From positions 1-64,000 of the forward strand of contig DF236952.1 of the NCBI GenBank assembly GCA_000708835.1: 64,000 nucleotides of DNA, written 5' to 3'. This document shows positions 48,667 to 61,100 of the stretch, one piece after another. A model generated the notes under the pieces. The model saw only the letters and a list, made by a program, of their open reading frames with translations. It made no database searches and was not told the DNA's origin. A program made the position numbers and the translations under genes. The DNA is from Klebsormidium nitens (lineage: Eukaryota > Plantae > Klebsormidiophyceae). How positions within the stretch are numbered: the stretch's first letter is position 1; every line of letters begins with the position of its first letter.

Positions 48667-51600
48667 ATGGAGACTTTGTTTACCCGCACCCCCGCTGTTC
48701 TCTCCATGAGCTTGCAAGCGACTTTAGGTGGGGGAGGCACAGAGAGGCTGCACCGCTACTTCTTTGCACCAAGCAATATCCAAGGTGTGTATACTGATAC
48801 TGGCTGACGTCTTTTCTGGTAAACCTGTCAACCACCCTCGTCTTGCCAATCACCAATTACTCAGTAGCCCAGAGTCTTTCCATGCTCAGCATCAATCTGA
48901 GAACTTGAGAGAATTATCAAACCAAGAACGCAATTGCATTTCCATTTGTGAGACCACTGGACCCTGGTGCAGTCTGAGATCTACTATGTGCCCTGCAGCA
49001 GGAGTAGTCCAACTGCAGAAGCTTACAAATGTCGGAAGAAACTCGCAGATGAGTGTCTCTCATATAAGGTCCTTGGAATCTGACTGTTGATCTGCAAATT
49101 TTCATGATCAACGTGTAACATTCGAAAAGAAGGTCCATCTTTGATGATTTTCATTAGGTAGTGGTCTTATCTACAGGCTGCTATGCTGCACATTTAAGTT
49201 CTGCTCATATACTGATGCATTCAGGGGGGCAGACTGCACCACAATTGACCAGCAGCTCCTTCACCGGTACACCTGTTCAGCTTCCAAAGGCGTTCGCCAG
49301 AGAAAAGGGACATGCAGTCAGTGAGACGCGCAGAGGATGCAGTATGGAAGCAAAGGCGCCCCTCAAAACTCCAGGGGGCGAAGTTGCAGACTGCGAGGTG
49401 AAACTCTAAACTTCACAGTATATATTGTCTTTTCAGCTGAAATTTGTCATGTAAGTATCTAGGATTAAAAGGCATTTGTAAATGAGCTAATGAGCTTTTC
49501 GCAAGCAACTCCATCCTAATATTGATGAGCCACGATGAAACGGAATCAGCTAACATGTCCTGTATCTTGGAGTTTGGTCCCATGCTTCCTTTCTTCCTGC
49601 AGAGCAGACAGGTCTTTACAGGCTTATTCGCACCGTTATGCTGTCACTTTTTGCTTTAATCAAGTGGCAGGCTTCCTGCATACTGCCCAACAGCGCTTGG
49701 TTGCTTACAACCAGACCATCCCATCCTCTGATTGCTGAACCTTTGTTTCTACAGACGGCTCATCCCCTCTTACGGAAGATCCTCAAAGGCATGCTCAAAC
49801 CATACGTCAAGCGAAACCCCACAGCTGCACAAGTCATGTCAATCCTTGGCGAGCGGGAGTTAATTCGCTTTGACCATTTCGCATTCAGAACCTTTGGGGT
49901 GAGTCTTCCAGGAGACTTGCAACGAATACGTCTTCTGTCAACTGCACTCAATGCGTTCCCTGTGAGGAACATATCTGCTGTTTGTCAGGATCCCATATCG
50001 AGGTTCTTAAAGCCTTTCTATATCCACCATGAGAAAAACCCCTGCGATGTCAAATGTGCTGCGCTCTGCTTCTCAAGAAAAAGCCTTCCGTTTGGAGAAA
50101 CGTTTCTGTCGGATCTGTCTTAGTCTTTACTGTCTTCTTGTGCATTTTCTATTTGGCTTTATTTCGGGAGTCAGTGTGATGCACAGTGTGAAACCTTGTT
50201 TGACTGGCTGGATTAAAGTCAAATACCTTTTGCGCTTGATGCTCACCTCGAGGTCCTTGGGTCTACCCGTGCAAATTGTACGGATAATATGAGACCATAA
50301 GAAGCCCTGAAAGTCTGCTGAGTTTCTACAAACGAGCTCAAATACACCGCGTACATCAAAGCATTGCTCAGCCACACACTGCTGACTCAACCCACAGGTG
50401 GAAGGCTACGGCATCGATTCAATCGCCAAGATGTTCCTTGACCTGGGGTACCGTCAGCGGGACGAGCTTCGCTTCCCTGCCAAGAAGCTGCGCGCCTACT
50501 GGTACTCCCCCCCGAAAGAAGCCGTGGAGGAGTCTGGCGCAAGCATGACTGACGGTCCACTGCCACGTGTCTTCATCTCTGAGCTCCTGGTGGACCAGCT
50601 GAGCGAGAAAGCGCAGGTAGACAGCTGGGCAGTGGCACGCGTGCTTGACTATTTTCCGACGGCGTTCTGATGCGCTTTCCAACAGGGTTCTGATGGTGCT
50701 ATCGGATAGACGTCTGCGCCATCTCTCCTCTTCTGCTGGATTCTTTGAAGAAGAGATTTCAGCTGCCTCGAGTCCGTTGTGAGACGCTTATTAACTGGCT
50801 CCCTCCGCTTGGGCAATCCTACAACGCTCATCTTCATAACGAGAGAATGAGTTAATGCGAAACGCGCTCTCTTGGTCAGCGGTCGTAGGTGTTGACGTCT
50901 TCGTCCGCTGACATCTTCCGAAATCTGTACCCACAAAGGAGAAATCCTTACGATCTGCTTTTTTGTACCATCCTTCATCTTTGTCGGAGTCCCGACAACC
51001 CATGTCACCTGAAAATATACTCACCTGCGGCTGCCAAGCTCCTCTGCTGACGTCACGGTGCATCCTGCTGCAGGCGATCATCAAGAAGTACACGTCAGAG
51101 GGCCGGCAGCTGGCCGGCCATGCAGCCCTGTCGAGTCTAGTGCACGGCCTCCCTTGGCGCACGCCAGAGCTCAAGGACTACGTCGAGCTGACCAGGTAAG
51201 AAAGTTTCTGGAAGCAATTTTCGTGATACACCTGAGAGCCCCAGTTTTCCCCGGGCAGTCAAAGCAGTCAATCCGTCGAGAAGTGTGGCTCTTGAGCCGG
51301 TTGAGCTGATTGCTCAAACTGCGAAGTCTGACTCTTCACGTGAGCCTCGCTCATCTGCTTGATCAGGGGGTATCTGATTGTGTTGCATCGAGACGGTGGG
51401 TTTGGTGCTCTCCGTTCAGCTGAACCGGTAAACTGTGCGAACGCATCCAGAGCATGATCCATCTGTGCTGCCAGATGTCGATCAAAAGTACAGCTCTTTG
51501 CACCAGATATACCACCCCAGATTTTGTGGTTCACAACCTTGAGCCGTTGGAAGCCTTTCCAGTATTCGAAGAACTTCGAGACAAAGAGCTCTATAAAATG

Positions 51601-52932
51601 GGACAATGAACTGTTAAAAAAGTTCGACGCAAAAAGCTCTATCACATGCAGAATGAACTGCAACAAAGTTTTTGAATCCGTGCCAGGGAGAGTGAGTACG
51701 CCGCGTGGACCCTGGTGAACGGTTACGCCCTGAACCACACCACCATCACCTGCCACGACTTCGTCAATTTCACCATGGGCCCAGGCATGGCCCTGCGCGA
51801 CGTCGTGAACTTCCTCTACAGGGAGCAGATCGCCTTGAACGGTGCAGGGGGATCCCTCATCAACGGTGAGTTCCGGTCTTAGGTCCTGTGATTACTCTTT
51901 GTGAACTCTTCAGGTCCGCGATCTTGAAACACAGTCTTTCGATACGCTTCTCTACGGCCTTCTTCACGGAGACACCGGCCCCAAAGGCAATAAATTAAGG
52001 CTTACATATCTCTTTCTCATACTGCTTTCTGTCCGTTCCGCAGTCAGCCCGGACAAACTGCTCCTCCAAGCCTCCACGGAAGCGGACATCGCGCCCTTCA
52101 CCTTCGCCGGCGGCCACGTGGCGGACGTTCCTTTGTCGTACATTGAGTTCGCCCACCGCGAAGTCCTGCCCGAGTTCGAGAACCTCCCCCTGGAAGAGGT
52201 GCGCCCATTCTTGTTTTTGACAACGACGAAGCCTTGGGGCATGACGACTTTTCTTATGTTTGTTATGTTCCTCGGGCTGTTGATGTAATGAGTTGAGCTC
52301 GAAGCTCGATTATTTGAAAGTTTGAGAGAGGGCTGCCGCCTGAACGGCTTTGCTCGACGGAGGGGTGGACGGAATCCTGGGAACAGCGGGGAACACGCAA
52401 CAGGATGAAATGCGCTTTGTTGGTCAGCCTGTTGGGAAACCTGCCCCTGATCCGTGCTGCAGGTTTCACAAGTAATTATGTTCTGTATACGACTGATGGC
52501 TGTTTGGACCCAGAAAATCCTCATAGAGTGCTGAAAGTTTTTTCGAAGCCTCCGAGTACTTCCAAACTGAAAGCTATGCTGTCAAATCCAGCTTTGCTGA
52601 TTGAGCCTGCACGTTCCCTCAAATGCTAAGCCAGCTGCACTCCAGATTGGTGTCTTGAGTTGCGGTGCGTCGAGTTCATGTACTCTTTTCCAAGTTTCTT
52701 TTTGAGAATTCATTCCAATGCCTCTGATCAGCGTTTCAGCGACTGCATCCCGCACACGACGCCTAGTAGCATGCACGCGTCAACGCTCACACTCAGATGC
52801 ATTCTCCAAACCGTAACGAACGCAATATGCTCGCAGATCTACGATTGTCACCGCAGAGAAGGTTTCGAAGTTGGGAATGCGGACAACATCTTCGAGAGCA
52901 CATCCATTAAGCGATCACACGCAACAACTTGA
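48667..52932 (+). CDS. DUF1338 / 2-oxoadipate dioxygenase-decarboxylase (HglS/FLO7-like), probably plastid-targeted
   Basis: Exons 48667-48727 and 49225-49397 give an S/T/A-rich transit-peptide-like N-terminus. The catalytic region follows: IRFDHFAFRTFG (~49755-49898), YGIDSIAKMFLDLGY..LPRVFISELLVDQLS, ESEYAAWTLVNGYALNHTT, LLLQAST..SYIEFAHR and RREGFEVGNADNIFEST. Stop at 52930-52932. The His/His/Glu metal-ligand motifs are present. Confidence 0.92.
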
Positions 52933-53659
52933 GTCGTTCATTGAGGTATCCACGGGAAGGCACTTGCTGAACTTTGAGCGCATGAACAGCTGTATACATG
53001 AGGCATAGGACCGTCCGGGTAAGTCACTCAGAAACCAACCGTTGGGTGCTTGTTAGGTCTGCCACGTTAGAATTTTTTGGCTAGGTATTAAAAACAAAAA
53101 AACCTGATCGGACATAGCGTTCTCGAAAGGCAAGCTTTTGGGAGGCTTAAGACAAAGGAATGGCAACGTCAGGAAGTTTGGACCTAGTTTGTACCATACA
53201 GGCAGGTATAGCGAGCTCGGGAGTGATAACCCACATTCAAAGCACGAACCAAATATCCCTATGTGCAATGCGACCATAGATTTGAGGTACTTTATCCGCA
53301 ATCCTGTATTAATATTCGTAGGAATAGAAGTTTTGACTTTCGAAACAGATTTCTTCACTTAAGAAAGCCAGAATTGTACGTAGGAACCCCCTTTAGTAGG
53401 TAGGTGCCACGCCAGAGCCTGCATGATTATGTTGGTTGCACAAACTGTGTTGATTATAAGAGCAATGAACACGTGGGTCAAGCCTGTCCATGCGGCCAGA
53501 TTGCATGAGAACAGTGATCCCGCGCGGCCACGTTCAATCTAGCTTAAGTTGCTTTAGCAAGTGTGTCGCGCGAGCCTGTCGCTCGTCTCTGCAATCAGTA
53601 TATGCATGGATCATGCGAATGGCTTATATGCAGAAATAAATTGGCCTATATGCATGCAT

Positions 53660-53737
53660 CATTCGTGAATGCACGCGTGCCAGACTGCAAATCGAGGTCA
53701 TTCGTGAATGCACGCGTGCCAGACTGCAAATCGAGGT
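53660..53737. repeat. 39-bp perfect tandem duplication between convergent genes
   Basis: cattcgtgaatgcacgcgtgccagactgcaaatcgaggt x2. Confidence 0.97.
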
Positions 53738-53891
53738 CCTTCATGCATCGATGACGCACGAATGATGAGTCGGACATGCGCCAATTGAAATTGGTAATGG
53801 CGGACAGTGGCAGAAAATGTATAGCACGATTGGGCCAGGCGTACACTGCGTTTTCGATTTAATTTCACCGAATCTCACAACAATATGATGT

Positions 53892-55331
53892 CTATATCAC
53901 AAACTCAGAATATTTGACGTTCAACCACCCTTTCAATTGCGCCTCTACATCAGCTCTTACTTTGTCAACTGCAGCAGGATGCTCGCACTTGCTGCTATTG
54001 CCGTTTGGCTGCGATGGACTTTGCGGGCAGCCCCTAAAGTCTGTACCATGCCCACAATTATGACACTGCATCACCTGAGCGGGCAGGTCTTCTGAAGGTT
54101 GGTCCTTGCTGGCATGGCGCCAGGGATCTTGCGACCCGTTAGTAAAAAAAACTTTCTTTGCCCTGATGGCTTTTCCCCCATACTCTACGTTTGTAGCATC
54201 AACCTGCGGGAAAACAGCATCCCCAAAAAAATATTTACATCTATCAAGATGATACTGCAAATCTACTTTCTGCGAGCGGATGCTACCATTTACAGGAGCT
54301 ACTTGGAAATACGCAACTTCTGTACACTTTTGCCACCACCAGCACCTATCCGATGCGAACCGGCTATGTACACTCTCGTCCTTCACATTCTGCATGCCAT
54401 AAGACAACGGATCGTTCCCCATATCCTTGTAGAAGAACGACCTCGTATAGCTCAAAAAAGTCTCCGCCATATCGCTGCCCGCGCCATAAGCAGCCACCAG
54501 AGGGTCACATAACTCGTCGGGGTGGCCGTACTGGATGGCGAGCGCCGCTGCGTCCGCCACCAGGTAAAAGAAGTCACCGTCCGAAAACCCGTCCGCTCCG
54601 AATCGCGCCTTAACCAGCGCCTCGTTCTTGACAACCGCCGCTTCGAGCGCCGCTGTCGCGGCCCTCAACGCGGCGCTGCAGTTCGGCCCTGCTGACGTGG
54701 CAATCTGCTCGTCGAACTCTGGGAATTCCAAGATCGCTTGGATCACCCCGCTGCTGGAGAGCGCCGCAGTAACTAGGTGCGGGTACTTCAGCCGAAACCA
54801 CGCGCTCAGCGCCCCGGCATAGCTTATCCCCACGCTGACCCACTGGTTCTCGCTCACCCCGTACTTCTGACTCAACACCCCTTGATAGAAGTTTCTGAAC
54901 GCCGCCAAGTCTGCAAGCGCTTGCTTGGAGGACAGCAGACGAAGGGAGGCAGCGCTCGTGTCAGGTGCCGGGAAGCTCTCCCCGTAAAACCGGTGCTCCA
55001 GGGCCACAATACCTGCCCCCAATTTCTCAGCCAGAACTCGGAGGTAGTCATTGGGGATCCCGCCGCAGGGGGCCTCCCCACAGATGAGGAGAAAGACTGG
55101 CCCGTTGGGGGCGTGGAAATGGTCGAAGAACTCGTAGAAGCGCTGAGTGAAGGTGCCGACTGGGATCGGGGAGAAGTGGTCTCGAGTCTGGTTGAACCAG
55201 TGCGAGGCTTGTGTGAGGAAAGGGGTGTCAACTCGCGCGTGGGGGATGAAAAGGCTGGAGGAAGAGACCCCCAAGACGAGAGCGACAAGCGAGATGAGGA
55301 CGAGAAGCGCAGGCGCAGGGCGGCAGACCAT
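53892..55331 (-). CDS. Serine carboxypeptidase S28 family (prolylcarboxypeptidase/EDA2-like), secreted, single coding exon
   Basis: Uninterrupted 479-aa ORF with a signal peptide (LLVLISLVALVLG), QTRDHF, ALEHRFYGES, LSSKQALADLAAF, nucleophile GISYAGALSAWFRLKYPHL, Asp motif NGSQDPW and His motif CGHGTDF. Confidence 0.96.
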   Translation of the reverse strand: MVCRPAPALLVLISLVALVLGVSSSSLFIPHARVDTPFLTQASHWFNQTRDHFSPIPVGTFTQRFYEFFDHFHAPNGPVFLLICGEAPCGGIPNDYLRVLAEKLGAGIVALEHRFYGESFPAPDTSAASLRLLSSKQALADLAAFRNFYQGVLSQKYGVSENQWVSVGISYAGALSAWFRLKYPHLVTAALSSSGVIQAILEFPEFDEQIATSAGPNCSAALRAATAALEAAVVKNEALVKARFGADGFSDGDFFYLVADAAALAIQYGHPDELCDPLVAAYGAGSDMAETFLSYTRSFFYKDMGNDPLSYGMQNVKDESVHSRFASDRCWWWQKCTEVAYFQVAPVNGSIRSQKVDLQYHLDRCKYFFGDAVFPQVDATNVEYGGKAIRAKKVFFTNGSQDPWRHASKDQPSEDLPAQVMQCHNCGHGTDFRGCPQSPSQPNGNSSKCEHPAAVDKVRADVEAQLKGWLNVKYSEFVI

Positions 55332-56047
55332 CCTGAGGGAAGAGAAGCAGAAGAGTGGATTCAGATAATGGACATGCTGAGTTGTAACTGGGAATGGGTG
55401 AATGCTTGCACGCTGACTCGAGAGGCAGTGTTAAAAGGGAAGTGGCAATCAGGCAACCAGAAGCATCTTGAGAGTAGTAAGAACAGGGCTCTTGGCACTC
55501 TACCTGCAGGCCTCTGGTAATGGTTCAACAAATCTAGAGCAGAAGCCAGTCTTCCGTCTGGATTAATATAAACGAGATACTGACAAAGTATTCGTCCAAC
55601 ACACAAGGTTTTGAATGCATAAGTACTGCCAGAATCCAGCAGATACAAGAACTTTAGAGCGAGAGCAGTAAGCGCAACATTTATTGGCTAAACCTCAATG
55701 CAGAGGGGGTTGCTCAGCTAAAGAAATTCAACCATAATATCCTTGTCTTCAGTAGCCGAAGCCTCGGAAGCGCGGATAGTTCATCATCATCGCAAAACCC
55801 CTTGATCTTTGAGAACCTTGATTGGTAGCAAGTGCAGGATTATTGAGGATTGGTTACAATACAGTCAGGCCTACAACCCATGTAGCTATATGATTTGCTC
55901 AAAAGAAGAAAATGTTCCGATGTACGACAAGCAACCAATGAAGAGAATCTCTGATACACAAAGCACGCACCATGCGAAACACCACTCAACAGCATCCACG
56001 CAAGACCCTGTCAGAGCAACCAGGCAGAACACAACTTGCAGGTATCC

Positions 56048-57559
56048 TCAAGTTCTCTTGGGACTGAGCTCAGACAAAGGACCAGTGTCTCGATCACGGT
56101 TGATCAGCAGCAGAACTGGCTTATACTGGTTGTTTGTCTCATCATAGCTCAGCACACCAGTTTCATAGATTTCACCAATCTCATCTTTTCTAGGGATTCT
56201 TCGAAGCTCTTGAGGCTGAAGACAGTGGTGGTACAAAAAGGGTAGAACGTCACCCGAACAACAGTGGTAGGGTGCATTTGTCGTTCAATCAAGCAAGCAG
56301 TGCCAGCAGGTGTTGTCATAAGGAAAAGAGACTGTTCAAAGATGAGATAGAAATCCCCAAATACGGCTAAAGCACCACACATGCATAACCACTGGGGAGT
56401 GGAGCATACCTGACTGCGGAGCAGGAGGAAGCGCAGTAGAGGAAGATCCTGGTCAGTCTTCAATCTGCAAAAAACACAGTGTTCTTTGAGCAATTACCGG
56501 CACGATTGCTCCTTGGGTACCACTGGCAGGCAATGGTGCAGCAAATGTGGGCGCCCCGTTCGAGGTTGTTCCGGTGCCTTTGCCATAGAGGTGGCACTAC
56601 CCTACCCCGGAGTTGGGATGTCCTTTGTTCTCGCCCCACTTCAAAACGCTCAGAACCATTGCCAATGGCGGCTCAGACGCTCTGCTAGGATGAGGCTTGG
56701 AATATTCAATGACCTTCCGTTCTCGGTCAACTTGGACAAACTGTCTGCTGCGACGCCTGATCATGTACAATCCAGGAGCAAAGAAGTGCCTTAGATGCCT
56801 CTAGTGCCTTAATACCCCAACAACACTAGTAAGTAAATCCAAACGTGCAGAAAGGACCATCAAAAGTATCCTTGAAGCATGCAATGTGGCCGACCGTTAC
56901 CTCAGTGTAATAATGTTGCGCCGCTGCCATTTGCTCGAAGCTCTCTCTTCCATCAAAGCTTTTCCTCACATGATGCACACTGGTTCCTGCAGGATGGACT
57001 GGCTTTGTCAGAAGCATAAATGGAATTCAGACGAATCATTCAAACTACTCAGATGAGTGCTGTTTGATATGAAGTTTTGGGAAATATCCGGAGAATGATT
57101 GTCCCACTTCATCTCACGTCAGGCCCTGTCAGAGACCTGGCGCATAAGAGCGGCACTGCCCATTCCCAGTTTCGTTCTTGCAGCCAGCACTTCAATTGGT
57201 TCGCACAAGGAACTCGAACCATTGTACACACGCGGCTGCTTCTTCGAGAGACTCAACAAAACAGAGTAGTAGGCAGAGCCAAGCGATCCAAGACGGGGAT
57301 AACTAGACTGTTACCACCAAAAGAGGAAATAGAGGCAACCAATGCTGATATATGTATCTTGGCTAAGCTGAAGTGCTTTGGTAATGATGCTTGAAAGCAT
57401 TGGTTTATAAGTATGCAATTCTGCTGCTGAGAAATGGAGAATGGAAGCTCAAAAGAGCGAGACATACTAGGAGATGCTGGAAGAAAGCTAACAGGTTCAG
57501 ACCTCTTTCATCTGCTTCACCACCGTTTCATCAAGGTTTACCACCGTTGAGAGCATGTC
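56048..57559 (-). CDS. Putative uncharacterised multi-exon gene
   Basis: Phase-compatible GT-AG exons at ~56408-56465 (RLKTDQDLPLLRFLLLRSQ) and 56048-~56215 (PQELRRIPRKDEIGEIYETGVLSYDETNNQYKPVLLLINRDRDTGPLSELSPKRT*). Further exon-like segments occur at ~56900-56985, 57503-57559 and ~57597-57665. No family recognised and the exon chain is incomplete. Confidence 0.4.
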
Positions 57560-58166
57560 CTGCGTAAAAATACTCCTAAGTCCCAGCATCGGCACTCACC
57601 TGAGGATGCAGCGGCCACAGGGATCAACCAGCACCAGATCAATCACCATCACCAGCAGAATAGCTTCCTGTGAGTGGCAGATGAAGCAGAAGAGCGACCC
57701 GCCCAGCAGCCTGCGCCACTTTCGCGGCTAGCAAAGAGGGCGATCATGAGAGTGCGGGGAGAACGCTGACTGCAAAATCAATTTTCGGGGAATTTGTAGT
57801 GCAACTTCAAGCGCCTGGACACCGGTTTTGCAGATTGCAAATTGGGTTGAGGCGAGGTTTAACAGTCCAGTGAACTCTTGAAGCTTTCCACCAGCACGCG
57901 TTGTACAAGGCACTTGGTCAGGAACTTCTTGAGGTCTTGAGGGCCTCAACCTCAAAACCTATCGTCCAAACCCATGGTTCTGCACGACAGCATGAGAAAT
58001 CGATCATTTTGCCTTTCTCCCCTCCAGGAGCTACCTATTCCTAGCTAGGGCACAGGTACATTTTGATCAGCGCAGAGAACAGAAGCAGAGAAGCCAGAAA
58101 GGTAAGAGAACAGGGAGAGCAGAGTCAGAAAGTCTTGACGAGGATTGAGCAGAAGTTTGTAGTCAG

Positions 58167-61100
58167 ATGGAGGAACAGCGAGTAAAGTCTGGCCAGGATC
58201 ATCGCCACAGTAGAAAAGAATGGCCTGACGAACCGTCTGTTGCGGGCCGCTCACCGGAACATGTTAGAAAGGGAGAACATAGGGGGAGGGACAGGAAGGG
58301 CGAAAAGCACCGGCGGAGAAACGAAGAGCGCGGCTCTTCATCAGACACTGGCGAGGAGTCAGAAGGAGAAAGGCAAGATAAACGGAACCGACGGAAGCGG
58401 AAGGAGAGGAGTGACACAGATAGTGAGAGCGACGATTCAGAGGAGGAGAGGAGGGAGCGAAGAAAAAGAAGGAAGGAGAAGCGGCGCAGGCGAGAGGAAA
58501 AGAAGCTCAAGAAAGAAAAGAAAAGCCGGTCCAAGGGGGGCACGAATAACGATAGTGGGAGTGGTGAAGATGAGAAGACAAAGAAGAGGCTGCTGAAAGA
58601 GGCAAAAAAGTTTCTGAAAAGTAAGTGATTCCCTGAGAAGTGGTGTTTGCACGTTGATGAGCGAGTCTTCGAATGGGCATCATAATCTTTCAAGTATGAT
58701 TTTGGCTCACTCAATTATGGCTGACTTGACGGACTGATTGACAGGGAAAGGTTTTAAGAAGGCTGACAAGTCTCGTCATGGTTTAAAACTAGGCTTATCC
58801 TTACATGTGACATCTTCCTCTTAGAGCCCCATGCAGTTGATTGCAAGGGGAATCGAAGCAAGTCTAGGACGGCTGTGAACCCTGTTCTGATAGCTCCTTA
58901 CTTTCAAGGGTGTTGAAGGAAGTCCAGAACAGCCGCAAAATTTGTCTTGAAGCTTCAAAAAATTTGTCTTGAAGCTTCAAATTTTCAATCATGCCAGAAG
59001 GTTACCCCACCCCTCAGAAAGGAAGTACCTTGTTCTGCAGAGCATTCCAGCAAGGGGGGCCAAGAGCTGGTGCTGAGTGCCGTCGGTCGAAAGGTTAGTC
59101 TTCAACACTGGCTCAAATGGAAAGTGTTGGGATGAGATACTGTCACTGCTAATGGACACTCTAGATCATCAGGGACTGCTTGGTGTTGCCTGGATTCTGA
59201 ATACTGGATCACTGGCATGAGACCTTGCTGGAAGGAGATTGTGAAATTGGCAGGATGCTGATGACAAGGAAGAAGGGCAGGCTCGCACTCCTGGCTCTTG
59301 CCGCCCACTTTCATCATCGCCCACAGTATGGAACAAAGTCGTACGTGCTTGACATACCCCGTCGGTTGGGAGTCGATAACACTTCAAGGTGTTTTCAAAG
59401 TTCGGTTTCTGCCTCAACAGCTGAAAAAGCTGTTCTGTGCACTTCGAGGAAACATTCACAAATTCAGTGTGCTCACTATCTGAAGCCAGTCAGCGTTTCA
59501 CAAGGCCTCGAATGCATGTTGGAGGAGTTTTGATCGTGCAATCACTACAGTCATTATCACCATGTAGTGCCCCAGTCACACTTCTGCTATAAGGTGCAAT
59601 AAATAGCAGACTAACCATCATGACTATGTTCTGCTTGCACCCAGTGATTCGGCAGAAGAGACAGTAACTCAGAACTTGCTACTCAAGCAGTCGCTTAGGC
59701 CACCCAATTTCGCTTATTAGCCCCTTAATCCCTTCTGCTCTTTCGCAGGTGGAACCAATCTCGACAGGGGACTACTTCCAGAAGAATGCCGAATTTGCCA
59801 CCTGGCTCCGGGAGGGTCGCGGCATCTTCTTCTCAGACCTCTCATCAGATCAGGCGCATGCGCTGTTTGATGCCTTCGTAACTGTTTACAACGAAGGAAA
59901 GCTGCCAGGTACAAGCCGCTGTCGTTCTTTTATACTGCTTGCTGTATCAGTTCTTTGGCGAACATCATACTGTAGGGAAGAGTTCGTGCAGATTGGATGG
60001 TCGAAACGAAGCCGTTTTATCCTTCACCGCAAGATCCTAGATTTTGTGGTGGCAATCTGCTTTGGATGTTATGAGCAGTTGCTTTTTTTGATGCAACAGT
60101 GTGCAAACACAGTAGACGTGCAATGATTGAGAACTTACATGGGATGGTCAGACTTAGGGGGGGTTCTCTTGGCTGACTGTTGGGTCCGTTCGATGCAGAG
60201 AAGTACTACGATGGAATCACCAGCACCCATGCGAAGCGTTCAGGCTTTACATGGGCCATCAAGGGTCGTGGTGATACAGGAGAAGGTAAGAACGGCATAG
60301 CACTTCGAATGGATGGAAGCTGACTCAAGGCTTTTAACGAAGCTACAGATCATTCAAAAGTAATCGTTTGCCGCGTACGAACCACTCTGAGGACGTGTTT
60401 TGGGGACCACGATAGGAGCGTTTGGAGGTTTTTCTCTGTTTTTGCGACAAGACGACTGCCCTCAGTAGGAAGGAGGAGTGACAGCGCTTTACTGAGGCTC
60501 GAAGCTCTATGAATCATTGAGCATCCTTTTCGATTGTCATACACTCAACTCGACCCAGGCCGTTTCGCGAATCTGCACATCATTGTGCCGGTGGGAGACC
60601 AGCAAAGCGATCGAGGCCGAAACTCAGCACGAGAAGCTTTCTGCAAATCGTAATTTTGTTCGAGAAGCGATGTTCGAAGATCAACGTTGGTTCTTCGCGT
60701 ACCGCAGAAACCTCACTGGAGGAATGATCCGAGCGATTAGGGGAGGGGGGCCCGCATGAAATACAGCCGTGAGGATTGAGACTTCTTGGGGCTTCGTTTG
60801 TTGTTTGATGATAAAGATCAGGTTCAGCTGAGACCGTGCTTGAAACCATGTGAAAGATATCGCTCAACCGCCTCTACTTTGCGCGTGTGTTAACCGGCAA
60901 CCATGTGCTTGCTGTGCAGACATCATGGCGGAGGAGGACCGGCGGGCGGCCGAAGCTGGCCGAGGGAAACTAGAGCGGAAGAAATGGATGCAGGATCAGG
61001 AGCTGTTACTGGACGAGATGCTGCCTAAGGCGACGGGGCGGGAGGCCGCTCTCGAGAAGAAGGCGGCGCGCAGAGAACAGCAGCGGGGCAGGGAAGACAG

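Noticed and set aside
54777-55520. 247-aa plus-strand ORF (likewise 44722-45330 +, 11337-11861 +, 58199-58714 -)
   Set aside because: These are antisense shadows of real GC-rich exons with no recognisable motifs.
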